Assembly (NCBI GenBank): GCA_051418015.1
Contig: JBPRGF010000024.1
Location: forward strand, 32,001 to 96,000
Reading direction: 5' to 3'
From: Candidatus Nitrospinota bacterium M3_3B_026
GTDB taxonomy: Bacteria > Nitrospinota_A > UBA7883 > JBPRGF01
DNA: 64,000 nucleotides
Below, one piece after another: positions 20,147 through 28,852 of the stretch (the first letter of the stretch is position 1; every line of letters begins with the position of its first letter). The translations under genes were made by a program, and so were the position numbers. Below the pieces are notes generated by a model. It was not told the DNA's origin. It saw nothing but the letters and a program-made list of their open reading frames with translations, and ran no database searches.

Positions 20147-20348
20147 CGGACGCCATTTCGAGTCCCTCTTTTAAAAAACCCGCAAGCTTGTCCAGAGCCA
20201 GACAAAACGTCCTCCGCGGCGGCGGGAGGTATTTGCCCGGCCCTCCGCCGCCGGAAGCCGCGCCTATATTATAACGCCCATGGCGGGTGGACGAGGAGGA
20301 GGCTGTATTTCCGCGTCAGCGAACAACGCCCCAGAGCGCGCCGGGGGG

Positions 20349-21314
20349 CTACTTTTCGAGGCTTTCCCTGATGACGCCGTTTATCTCGTCCAGGATCGTC
20401 CCGGTCTCCATCCCGTGCATGGCCGCCGTCTGCTCCACGGTCTCGGTGCTCTGCCCGGGGCATGTGAAGCAAGCCTCGCCGTAGTGTTTTTCGAAGATGG
20501 CGCTGGTGTCCGGATACGTCTCCAGCAGCGGGCCGATCAGCGTTTTGGGCGTGGCGAGTTGGCCGCGCTCTATCCTCTCGCCCCCGGCGGCGGACGCCGG
20601 AGCGCCTTCGCGCTCTCCATTGGCGCCCTCCTCCCCGGCGCCGACGAGCCTTTTGCCCTCCAGTTCGGCCATCAGCTGGAAAGTGTCCTTCCCCGCTCTT
20701 TTCGCCGCGTCCTGCAGGGTGACCATCCTGCCGATTGTCTGGACCGCGCCGGGCCCCGCCACGTCACCCAGCCCCGCGTCGATCATCTGTTGCTGCAGGC
20801 CGGGCCACTTTTCCACTATTTCGCTTATCTTCATCGAAGGGCTGAGCTTTATCTCAGGTCTTTTTTTTTCCTCGGATGGAGCCGCGGGGGGCGCGGAGGG
20901 CTCCTTTTGGGCGGGCTCGTCCCTCAAAACGGAGAAGATGTTTATGACGAACATGAGGATGGCCACCCCCTCCACCGCGGAAAAGGCCCCGAATATCATC
21001 CGCAACGGCCCCGTGGTCCAGAACCCGCCAAGGGCGTAGACGCCTATCATCCCCAACAGGCCGATGTTCGCCAGCCAGTACTGGGCGGGTATCCATGAGG
21101 GGTAGGGGACGGGCCTGGCGTTGAACCTCGGCAGGATGTGGTACGCCACGCCGTAGATCATCATGGCCATGAAGCCCAGCAGCATGACATGCACATGTAT
21201 GAACCGAAGCTCGCCCATATTATGGTCGGCCAGGGACATGTGCAGACCGAACAGCATCCCCAGGGCCAGGTATATCACCGACGTTTTTATGAAAAGCTTG
21301 CCGTATCTGTCCAT
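20349..21314 (-). CDS. 4-TM His-containing membrane domain (cbb3 oxidase subunit I-like/NnrS-associated type) fused to two DUF1858-like domains
   Basis: HVHVMLLGF..MIYGVAYHILPRF membrane motif; MKISEIVEKWP..TLQDAAKRAG and LIGPLLETYP..CFTCPG..TVEQTAAMHG repeats. Confidence 0.75.
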   Translation of the reverse strand: MDRYGKLFIKTSVIYLALGMLFGLHMSLADHNMGELRFIHVHVMLLGFMAMMIYGVAYHILPRFNARPVPYPSWIPAQYWLANIGLLGMIGVYALGGFWTTGPLRMIFGAFSAVEGVAILMFVINIFSVLRDEPAQKEPSAPPAAPSEEKKRPEIKLSPSMKISEIVEKWPGLQQQMIDAGLGDVAGPGAVQTIGRMVTLQDAAKRAGKDTFQLMAELEGKRLVGAGEEGANGEREGAPASAAGGERIERGQLATPKTLIGPLLETYPDTSAIFEKHYGEACFTCPGQSTETVEQTAAMHGMETGTILDEINGVIRESLEK

Positions 21315-21389
21315 CTTGATTTCTGTCCTCTTCGGAAACTAACGCGCGATCAACATCTCGAAAACTGGATATTATCACCTGAACCAAGC

Positions 21390-21433
21390 ATAATATGTTA
21401 ATTTTAAACTGACGGCATATGATGAAAATCATA
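21390..21433 (-). promoter_or_regulatory. Crp/Fnr-type operator TATGAT-N4-ATCATA with a class II-spaced -10 (TATTAT) for the DUF1858 gene
   Basis: Perfect palindrome at 21418-21433; minus-strand TATTAT at 21395-21390, about 30 nt from the operator centre. Confidence 0.65.
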
Positions 21434-21479
21434 GAACGTCCGCGCGGTGGACGCGGCCGCTTTATACTCGCATGAAGTT

Positions 21480-22157
21480 ATGATCGAAGCGCTCAGAAAA
21501 ACCAGGCTCTTCTCCGGCCTGACGGACGACATGCTGGACTGGCTGAGCAAAAAGACCGTCTGGACCGAGTACAAGAAGGGGGAGCACATCTTCTACGAAG
21601 GCGAGGACGCGGAGAAGATGTACATAATCGCCCAGGGGCGCGTCAAGGTCGTCAAGGAGTTCCCGAACGGCAAGAACGCTATTATCGGTATATTCGGCCC
21701 CGGCGGCATAGTTGCCGAGGTGGCGGCCATTGACGGGGGGCCGTATCCGGCCTCGTCGGTCGCCCTGGAGGACTGCCGCGTCGGAGCCCTGCCGGCGCAG
21801 GCGTTGCACGGGCTGCTGGTGAGAGACCCGGAAGCGTCCATAAACATGATCGTGGGGCTGGGAGCCAAGCTCCGCGAACTGACGGAAAATCTGGGGTCGC
21901 TGGCGGTTCAGACGGTGGAGAAGAGGCTGGCCCGGTTCCTTACCAAGATGGGCTCGCAGATAGGCGTGGAGACAGACGAGGGGTTGATGCTGATGCTGCC
22001 CATGACCAGGCGCGACCTGGCGGAGATAATAGGCACTTCCTTCGAGGTGGTGGAGCGGAGCCTGAAGAAGATGCGCGAGGAGAAGATCATCTCCGTCGAG
22101 GGCAAGAAGATCGTCATAAAAGACCAAGAGCGCCTGGCCGAGAAGTTCGAAGATTAG
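21480..22157 (+). CDS. Crp/Fnr family transcriptional regulator (HcpR/DNR/NnrR-like)
   Basis: cNMP-binding fold (IFYEGE..YIIAQGRVKV), VEKRLARFL, HTH TRRDLAEIIGTSFEVVER; no N-terminal FNR Cys cluster. Confidence 0.92.
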   Translation: MIEALRKTRLFSGLTDDMLDWLSKKTVWTEYKKGEHIFYEGEDAEKMYIIAQGRVKVVKEFPNGKNAIIGIFGPGGIVAEVAAIDGGPYPASSVALEDCRVGALPAQALHGLLVRDPEASINMIVGLGAKLRELTENLGSLAVQTVEKRLARFLTKMGSQIGVETDEGLMLMLPMTRRDLAEIIGTSFEVVERSLKKMREEKIISVEGKKIVIKDQERLAEKFED

Positions 22158-22164
22158 CGACGCC

Positions 22165-24246
22165 GTGACCGCCGGGGCGAAAACCAAGCCAGCCGTATCC
22201 CTTATCTTCCCGCCGCTGTTCGGGGCGGGTTTTTTCTGCCTATGGTTTTTCGCGGCGCTTTTCGCCTACTCGGGTTTCGAGGTGATGGGCGAGGCGGACG
22301 AGACGCTGCGTGCTTACGTGGAGTCCAACTACTTCTGGTTCAGCATCCTCTTCCAGGCGTCCATCCTCGGGGTCACCGCCGCGGTGGGGGCGCTGGTGGG
22401 CTTGCTCTCCGCCCTTCTCGGAAGACGTTTCGGCGGCAGGATCACGGCTTACGGGCTGCCGGTGTTTTTCTGGGTGGTCATGGTCCAGCGGCTTCTTGTC
22501 CGCCAGCCGCAGTTTTTCGACGGGCCGTTTCTCGACCAGCGGCCTGTCCTGAAGGAGATTTTTTTCTTTTCCACGGCGTGGCTGGATCCTTTCATGGTAG
22601 ACTTCGCCGCGGCGCTTGCGGCCCTGGCGCTGCTATATGTCCCCCTGGCCGCCACGGCGGCGTGGACGGTTCGGTCCAGGAAGAGAGCCGCCGCCATCGC
22701 CGTCATCGCCGTCGGCTGGAACGTCTACGAGGGAAGGCTGGACGGCCTGCTGCCGGCGCAGAAGGAAAAGCCGAACGTCCTGCTCATAGTCATAGACTCG
22801 TTGCGCTCCGACCACCTCTCCATGAACGGCTATGAGAGGGACACCACCCCGGTTATCGACTCCCTGGCCGAAAGGGGCGCGATCTTCGAGAAGGTGATAG
22901 TCGACCTGCCGCGGACTTTTCCTAGCTGGATCACGATGATGACGGGCCAGTACTCGATGACCCATGGCGTGCGGCACATGTTCCCGACGGCCGAGCAACG
23001 AAGGCTGATCCATCCGCCCCTGCCGAGGATCATGGCCGAAAAAGGATGGAGCACGGCCGTCGCCGCCGATTTCGCCGGGGACATATTCCCCAGGGTGGAC
23101 CTCGGGTTCCAGACCGTGGACGCGCCGGACTTCACCTTCGACGACCTTGTGAAGATAAGGAACCTGGAGATACATCCTCTCTCCATGTCCTTGCTGAACA
23201 ACGCGGCGGGAGAGGCCGTGTACCCGTCGATAAGGGAGATGGTCTACAACTGCGATCCGGCGGCGCTGGCCGGAAGGGTTTCTGAGAGGCTGCGTTCCTT
23301 CAACCGCGACAGGCCCTTTTTCCTGGCCGTTTTCTTCTCCGCCACGCACATCCCATACGCCGCGCCGGGGCCGTATTACAAAAGGTACGCGAAAGACGGC
23401 TACTCCGGCCCGCACAGGTTCCAGAAAAAGGACCTGCTGATGACCGAGAACAACCTGACCCCGTCCGACAGGCGCCATCTCGTTGACCTTTACGACGGGG
23501 CGCTGAGGGCCGTGGACGACCAGATAGGGGCTATCCTGGACGATCTCGAAAACCTCGGCTACGCGGACAATACCATAATCGCCGTGACGGGCGACCACGG
23601 CGAGAATTTTTACGAGCACTACTCGGAGGTGGGCCACGGCAACCACCTTAAAGGCCCCCACGCCGTGACAACCCCACTCGTGATCCACAGCCCGGACAGA
23701 AAGTTCGCCGTCCGCCGCGTAAAATGGCAGGCCAGGAGCGTCGACCTCGCGCCGACGCTGGCCGAGCTTTCCGGCGCGGCCATGCCGGAGACGGCGGGAA
23801 GATCGCTTCTCCCCATGCTGGAGGGCGTGGAGGTGGAACACAGGCTCGCCTACTCGGAGACCGGCCTATGGTATGTCAATGAGGGGCCGTTTTTCTTCCA
23901 GGACAAAAGGATAAAATATCCCGGCGTCACGAGGCTTTGCGAGGTGGACGGGGAATGGCGGGGTGAGGTGGTCATAAAGAACAGGTACCAGCCGCTCGTG
24001 ACCGCCGCCAAGCACAGGATGATCTCCGACGGCCGGTTCAAGCTGATCGTCATGCCGACGGCTGAAGGAGTGGAGACGGAGCTTTACGACCTCGCCGCCG
24101 ATCCGCGGGAGGCTCACGACCTGTCGGAGAAGCTCCCCGGAAAAACCTCCGAGATGATGGTAAAGCTCAAGACCCTGCTGGAGGAAAGCTCCAGCGCGGA
24201 GTTTTTCGGTGGGATACCCTTCTCCCGCCGGGAGTTTCAATGGTGA
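22165..24246 (+). CDS. membrane-anchored sulfatase-like hydrolase/transferase (alkaline phosphatase superfamily)
   Basis: N-terminal TMs; PNVLLIVIDSLRSDH, PRTFPSW..MTG, THIPY, GDHGE, DLAPT. Confidence 0.88.
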   Translation: MTAGAKTKPAVSLIFPPLFGAGFFCLWFFAALFAYSGFEVMGEADETLRAYVESNYFWFSILFQASILGVTAAVGALVGLLSALLGRRFGGRITAYGLPVFFWVVMVQRLLVRQPQFFDGPFLDQRPVLKEIFFFSTAWLDPFMVDFAAALAALALLYVPLAATAAWTVRSRKRAAAIAVIAVGWNVYEGRLDGLLPAQKEKPNVLLIVIDSLRSDHLSMNGYERDTTPVIDSLAERGAIFEKVIVDLPRTFPSWITMMTGQYSMTHGVRHMFPTAEQRRLIHPPLPRIMAEKGWSTAVAADFAGDIFPRVDLGFQTVDAPDFTFDDLVKIRNLEIHPLSMSLLNNAAGEAVYPSIREMVYNCDPAALAGRVSERLRSFNRDRPFFLAVFFSATHIPYAAPGPYYKRYAKDGYSGPHRFQKKDLLMTENNLTPSDRRHLVDLYDGALRAVDDQIGAILDDLENLGYADNTIIAVTGDHGENFYEHYSEVGHGNHLKGPHAVTTPLVIHSPDRKFAVRRVKWQARSVDLAPTLAELSGAAMPETAGRSLLPMLEGVEVEHRLAYSETGLWYVNEGPFFFQDKRIKYPGVTRLCEVDGEWRGEVVIKNRYQPLVTAAKHRMISDGRFKLIVMPTAEGVETELYDLAADPREAHDLSEKLPGKTSEMMVKLKTLLEESSSAEFFGGIPFSRREFQW

Positions 24247-26744
24247 GAAAGATCGTTCGGCGGGCCGCGTGGGCTCTCCTCGCCGCCGCCGCTCTATACA
24301 TCTTCTGGATGGGCGTTTTCGTCCTGCCCAACCCTTCACGCGTCTCCGATCCCCTGCTGGTTCTTGAAGGGACGGAGCGTTTCGGCGGCCAGCGTCTGCA
24401 AGTGACGCAAGACCTGCTCTTCGAGCTTGAGAGCGCCGAGGTCAGCGCGCCGAACCTTGAGCAAGGAAAGGCGCTGCTTTCCGGGACGCCTTTTTTCGCG
24501 GATCATCCCTTCACCCGGCTGGAAAAAAACCAGAACATGGCCGTCAGCATGACCCAGGGCAAGCACGCGATGTTCCTGGAGCAGCGAGACGCGGTCTACA
24601 TGCCGACGCCCTCAAGCGTCCGCTACAGGCTGGAGGTTCCGGAGGGGGCAAGGCTCCGGTTCGGAACGTCCATCATGAGCCGGCTGGACGGGAGGGCCCA
24701 GGCGTCCGTCACCTTCAAAGTCCGCGTCGAGACGGAAAGGAACAAAAAAGAGGTCTTCAGCAAGACGCTTCGCCCGGAGCCTGAGTTCCCCTGGGGCGAG
24801 GACGATTTCTGGTATCACACATTCCTGAAGTTCATCAGGATCGACCACGGCTTCTGGAACGGGAAATGGTATGACAACGAGATAGACCTCGGCCCCTGGG
24901 CTGGCGAAAAGATAGTCCTTGTCTTCACCGCCGAGGCGGAGAATGGCCCCCTGTCCCACGGCTTTCTGGGGACGCCGAGGATAGTGGCGCCGGACAACAC
25001 AAAAAAACCTAACGTCATCGTGGTCATAATGGATACCCTCCGCGCTGACCACGTTGGCGTCAACGACCCGGACGCCAGGGGGCTTACCCCCAGCATCGAC
25101 AAGGTCGCCGAAGAGGGCATAAGCTTCACCAACGTCCGCTCCCAGGGCAACTGGTCGCGAGGCTCCTTCGCCTCCATATTCACAGGGCTGCCCGTTCCAC
25201 GCCTCGGGTTCTCGGAGCGGTGGAGCTTCACGGACGAGGAGAAGAGGATTTTTTATGAAAGACGGCCCCCTTCCCTGGCCGGCCAGTTCAGGAGGGCCGG
25301 GTACGCGGCGGTTTCCATAGGGAACAACCCTTTCGTTTACGATGGCAGCCCCGTCGGGCTCCACCTCGGCTTCGGCCAGGCGATAGACGTGCAGCGCGAG
25401 CCATACGACACGGAGTTTTCCACCACCGAGGCGATCCGCTGGCTCAAGGAGCGCGGAGACGAACGCTTTTTCATGATGTTCACCCTTAACTCCGCCCACA
25501 GCCCTTTCCGGCCGCCTTTCAAGTATCTTTGGCGCGGCTTTAAAGCGTCCTGGGAGAATATAAAGAATCCACAGAAGCTTCTGTACAGGGGCGCCGTGGC
25601 GTATGGCGACGACTATTTCGGTGAATTCCTGGCGGCGCTGGACAGGCTGGGGCTTTCCGAGAACACTATACTCGTGGTCACCGCCGACCATGGGGTGGTC
25701 CTCGACCACGAGGGCGCCATACGCTCCAAACCCGGCGGAAGGTACGACTGGATAAAGGCCACCCACACCCACACCCTCTACGACGAGGAACTTCGCGTCC
25801 CCCTCGTGGCGCGGTATCCCGGCAGGGCGGCGGGGGGCGCGAAATCCCCGGCGCCGCTCGCGTTGCTCGATCTCGCCCCGACGCTGGCCGAGGCCGCGGG
25901 CGTGGCGGGGGATCCGCGCTGGCCGGGGACGAGCTTCGCCGAGGAATTGTCCAAGCCCGACGGGCGGCTTGAAGGCGCGCCCAAAGGCGGCCGTTACATC
26001 ACCGCCGAGGGGGAGAGCGTCTGGTCGATGACCACGCCGGACGGATACAAGTACATAAGGCGCGGCGTCCGCATGGCCAGGGCGCTCGACAAGCCCGGCG
26101 GCGCGCCCCGGTCCATCATGGAGGAGGTCTTTGATCTTGAAAAAGACCCCGGCGAGGCGAAGGACCTGTCGAGGAGCGCCCCGGGGCTGGTCGAGCGGCT
26201 GAGAGACGAATTCGCGCGTGAATATCCGCCCCACGTCCGCGTCTACAAGTCGCTCATCCGCGGCGTGGACGGCCTCGACTCCGTGAGGCTCGATCTTTCA
26301 ACAGAAGGGCGGTTCGTCTTCCTGGACGTTTCTCCCGCCGGAGGCGCGGAAGGGCTTTCCGTAAACGTGGAAAACAAAGGGGACGGCGAAAGGACGGTGA
26401 CCCTCGACGGGCTAAAAACCTTCGTCAGGGTCTTTTTCGAGATCCAGCCGAACAGCGCCCCCGTCTCCATCGAGGTCCGGGACGGTCGCGGAGCGCCCCT
26501 GGGACCCGGAATGTTGAGAATCACGCCGCTGGGGATAAAAAACGGCGCCCCATCGATCACGCTCCGGGCGTGGCGGGACAGCTTTTATCTGTCCGACCCG
26601 CAAAGGCTGATGGACGAAATGGCGAAGGAGGACGGGGTGTACATCGGCGCCATCCCCTTCTCCGTGTGGCGGCAGGACGCGGCCGAGGGGGCGAGGCTCG
26701 ACCCGGAGCTTGAGAAGATGATGAGAAAATGGGGATACCTGTGA
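24240..26744 (+). CDS. sulfatase-like hydrolase/transferase with extra N- and C-terminal domains
   Basis: PNVIVVIMDTLRADH, NWSRGSFASIFTG, AHSPF, ADHG, LDLAPT, C-terminal MRKWGYL. Confidence 0.88.
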   Translation: MVRKIVRRAAWALLAAAALYIFWMGVFVLPNPSRVSDPLLVLEGTERFGGQRLQVTQDLLFELESAEVSAPNLEQGKALLSGTPFFADHPFTRLEKNQNMAVSMTQGKHAMFLEQRDAVYMPTPSSVRYRLEVPEGARLRFGTSIMSRLDGRAQASVTFKVRVETERNKKEVFSKTLRPEPEFPWGEDDFWYHTFLKFIRIDHGFWNGKWYDNEIDLGPWAGEKIVLVFTAEAENGPLSHGFLGTPRIVAPDNTKKPNVIVVIMDTLRADHVGVNDPDARGLTPSIDKVAEEGISFTNVRSQGNWSRGSFASIFTGLPVPRLGFSERWSFTDEEKRIFYERRPPSLAGQFRRAGYAAVSIGNNPFVYDGSPVGLHLGFGQAIDVQREPYDTEFSTTEAIRWLKERGDERFFMMFTLNSAHSPFRPPFKYLWRGFKASWENIKNPQKLLYRGAVAYGDDYFGEFLAALDRLGLSENTILVVTADHGVVLDHEGAIRSKPGGRYDWIKATHTHTLYDEELRVPLVARYPGRAAGGAKSPAPLALLDLAPTLAEAAGVAGDPRWPGTSFAEELSKPDGRLEGAPKGGRYITAEGESVWSMTTPDGYKYIRRGVRMARALDKPGGAPRSIMEEVFDLEKDPGEAKDLSRSAPGLVERLRDEFAREYPPHVRVYKSLIRGVDGLDSVRLDLSTEGRFVFLDVSPAGGAEGLSVNVENKGDGERTVTLDGLKTFVRVFFEIQPNSAPVSIEVRDGRGAPLGPGMLRITPLGIKNGAPSITLRAWRDSFYLSDPQRLMDEMAKEDGVYIGAIPFSVWRQDAAEGARLDPELEKMMRKWGYL

Positions 26745-26766
26745 GCGTCTTTTTTTTAAAAAAGCG

Positions 26767-26794
26767 TTGATCGCAAAGCGTTTCTTGGTATAAT
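26767..26794 (+). promoter_or_regulatory. sigma70-type promoter (TTGATC-N16-TATAAT, extended -10)
   Basis: TGgTATAAT at 26786-26794, upstream of the 76-aa ORF. Confidence 0.55.
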
Positions 26795-26835
26795 TCCGCC
26801 CTGTAGCGGTTGAATTATCCTTTTCCGGAGAGTAG

Positions 26836-27066
26836 ATGAACCAGGACAAGATCAAAACAATCATGGCGTCGATCAACGAAAGTCTCGTGGAGAAAGACGC
26901 CACGCTGGAGGAGGTGGAGGCGCTGGTTCATTCCATTGTCCGCCATTTCCTGGACAACCTTACCGATATCGCTGATATAGACTACTTCCAGGACAGGCTC
27001 AATGACATGGTCGACAAGTATGTCGACACTCATTTCGAGGATGTCCTGGAGGACAAGGCCGGGTGA
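26836..27066 (+). CDS. small acidic hypothetical protein
   Basis: 76-aa ORF with GGAG RBS and its own promoter-like sequence. Confidence 0.7.
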   Translation: MNQDKIKTIMASINESLVEKDATLEEVEALVHSIVRHFLDNLTDIADIDYFQDRLNDMVDKYVDTHFEDVLEDKAG

Positions 27067-27130
27067 GCCCGGTAATAAAACTACTTCGCCGGGTACGGCC
27101 TGGCGGCGCGGCGCCCGCGTCATCCATGGA

Positions 27131-27159
27131 TTGACTTGAACAGTGTATTTTGTTAAATT
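27131..27159 (+). promoter_or_regulatory. sigma70-type promoter (TTGACT-N17-TAAATT, extended TG) for the IHF/HU gene
   Basis: Direct reading of 27131-27159. Confidence 0.55.
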
Positions 27160-27249
27160 TTAAGGGCCTGCGCGGATTTTCTTTCGCTTGCCGGGCGGGG
27201 CGTCTTGTGGAAATGAAATTTTAGCTTTTCCGGGAGCAAGGGGTTTTTC

Positions 27250-27537
27250 ATGACAAAATCGGAGATGGCTGAAAAGCTCGCCGAGAAGATCAACATCAAA
27301 AAGCAGCAGGCCGAAGAGATAATCAATATCTTCACCAACAGCATCATCGACGCGCTGGCCCGCGGCGACAAGGTGGAGATACGCGGCTTCGGCAGCTTCC
27401 GGGTGCGCCATCGCGCGGCCAAGGAGGGACGCAACCCGAAAACCGGAGAGAAGGTCTTCGTCCCGGCCAAAAAAGTCCCCTTCTTCAAGACGGGCAAGGA
27501 TTTCCGGGAAATCGTGGACAAAAAACCCGAAGAATAG
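27250..27537 (+). CDS. ihfB: integration host factor subunit beta / HU-family DNA-binding protein
   Basis: MTKSE, VEIRGFGSF, GRNPKTGEKV.VPAK.VPFFKTGK. Confidence 0.88.
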   Translation: MTKSEMAEKLAEKINIKKQQAEEIINIFTNSIIDALARGDKVEIRGFGSFRVRHRAAKEGRNPKTGEKVFVPAKKVPFFKTGKDFREIVDKKPEE

Positions 27538-27604
27538 CCTTGACGGCTGTGCGCAGCCGATCTCCTTCTTCCCAGGTCAGCATTTTCTCTTTCAGACCTG
27601 ATTT

Positions 27605-28852
27605 TCAGCGTGAAACATCGGCCACTATGACCGCGTAGCGCCCCTCGATTTTTCCCACGAGGCCGACGGTTGTCTCTCCCCCCTCGGCGACGTTTATCTT
27701 CATTGTCTTCTCAAAGGGCCGGAGAGCGCGTTCCTCTATCCCGCCATCCTTTTCCACGGTGGGGTAATAGCCGAACGTGACCCGCGCCGTCCCAGCCGGA
27801 ACTGGCCCGTCGAGGAAAACACCGTCGGGGCTCATCCGCAAGTAGGCCCCGTTCAGACGCGCGTAAAACCCGCTCGCGTGGATGTCCTCGACCCGCGCTC
27901 CCGCGCTCCGGGCCAGGCTCTCGGCATCCATGTACGAAAAATACTCCGCCCTCATCCCCTCCACGCTATCCACCCGGGAGAGGGCAAGGCGCAGCCGTCC
28001 CGTCTTCCGCTCCCGATGACGCACGGTGATCTCGTCCAGTGACTCCGCCTGCAGCCCCACCGCTCCGGGGAAAAGGCGGAACCGCCGCCAGACCTGCCGA
28101 GTCTTGTTTTTCTGCCCGGCGTTTCTCGCGGCGAGAACAAGATCCAGCGCCCCGTCCTCCTCAACCCGCATCCTCCCCATCACGAAGACATCCGCCCCAA
28201 GGCGCCCGCCGAGCCGCTCCAGCGCGGCGTCATCCAGGCTCCGCGACGTGTTCACGCCTATCCTGAAAAGCTCTTCGGAAAGCCCGGCGCTCCCGGAGCA
28301 GTCAAACTGCGGTCTCAAGCAGAGATGTTTTTCAAGCTTTTCGAAAACCGCGTCCGTGGCGCGTGTTCTGTCTCCGTAAGGGTCCGTCATGTCCAGCGGG
28401 ACGACCCTCAAGGGCCCGCCGCCGGGGTCTCCAAGGAAGGTGTCGGCCATGCTTTGAAGGAAGGGCAGGAAGATGTTCACCTGCTCATCCCTGTCCAGGA
28501 CGAAGGCAAGACGCGCCCCGTCAAGTATCTCCCTCGACGCCGCGGCGAGCCTCCCCGTTGGGGCCTCGCTCGACGCGGATGTCACAACCAGCTCGCCCGC
28601 AGGAATGAGCCCCCGGCCGCCGTTCCTGCCCCGCGCGCCCGGTTTCGCCTTCGTGTATACCATCAGCCTGTCGCCTTTCACGATCACCGCCGGGTCGATG
28701 TCGAGCGCGGCGGCGTCCCCCACGGTCATGAAACGTCCCTCGTCCCGCGGCGCGATGTCCCCGGCGAACTCCGTCTCCGCCAGGGCCGGAGGAGAGAGAG
28801 CAAAGGCCAGCGAGAAAGCCAAAGTCGAAAGCGCGACGGAGAGTCTCATCAT
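27605..28852 (-). CDS. exported hypothetical protein (possible FlgO/CsgG-like alpha/beta domain), last gene of the pil-like operon
   Basis: Signal peptide (..PPALA); start overlaps the secretin stop codon. Confidence 0.6.
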   Translation of the reverse strand: MMRLSVALSTLAFSLAFALSPPALAETEFAGDIAPRDEGRFMTVGDAAALDIDPAVIVKGDRLMVYTKAKPGARGRNGGRGLIPAGELVVTSASSEAPTGRLAAASREILDGARLAFVLDRDEQVNIFLPFLQSMADTFLGDPGGGPLRVVPLDMTDPYGDRTRATDAVFEKLEKHLCLRPQFDCSGSAGLSEELFRIGVNTSRSLDDAALERLGGRLGADVFVMGRMRVEEDGALDLVLAARNAGQKNKTRQVWRRFRLFPGAVGLQAESLDEITVRHRERKTGRLRLALSRVDSVEGMRAEYFSYMDAESLARSAGARVEDIHASGFYARLNGAYLRMSPDGVFLDGPVPAGTARVTFGYYPTVEKDGGIEERALRPFEKTMKINVAEGGETTVGLVGKIEGRYAVIVADVSR

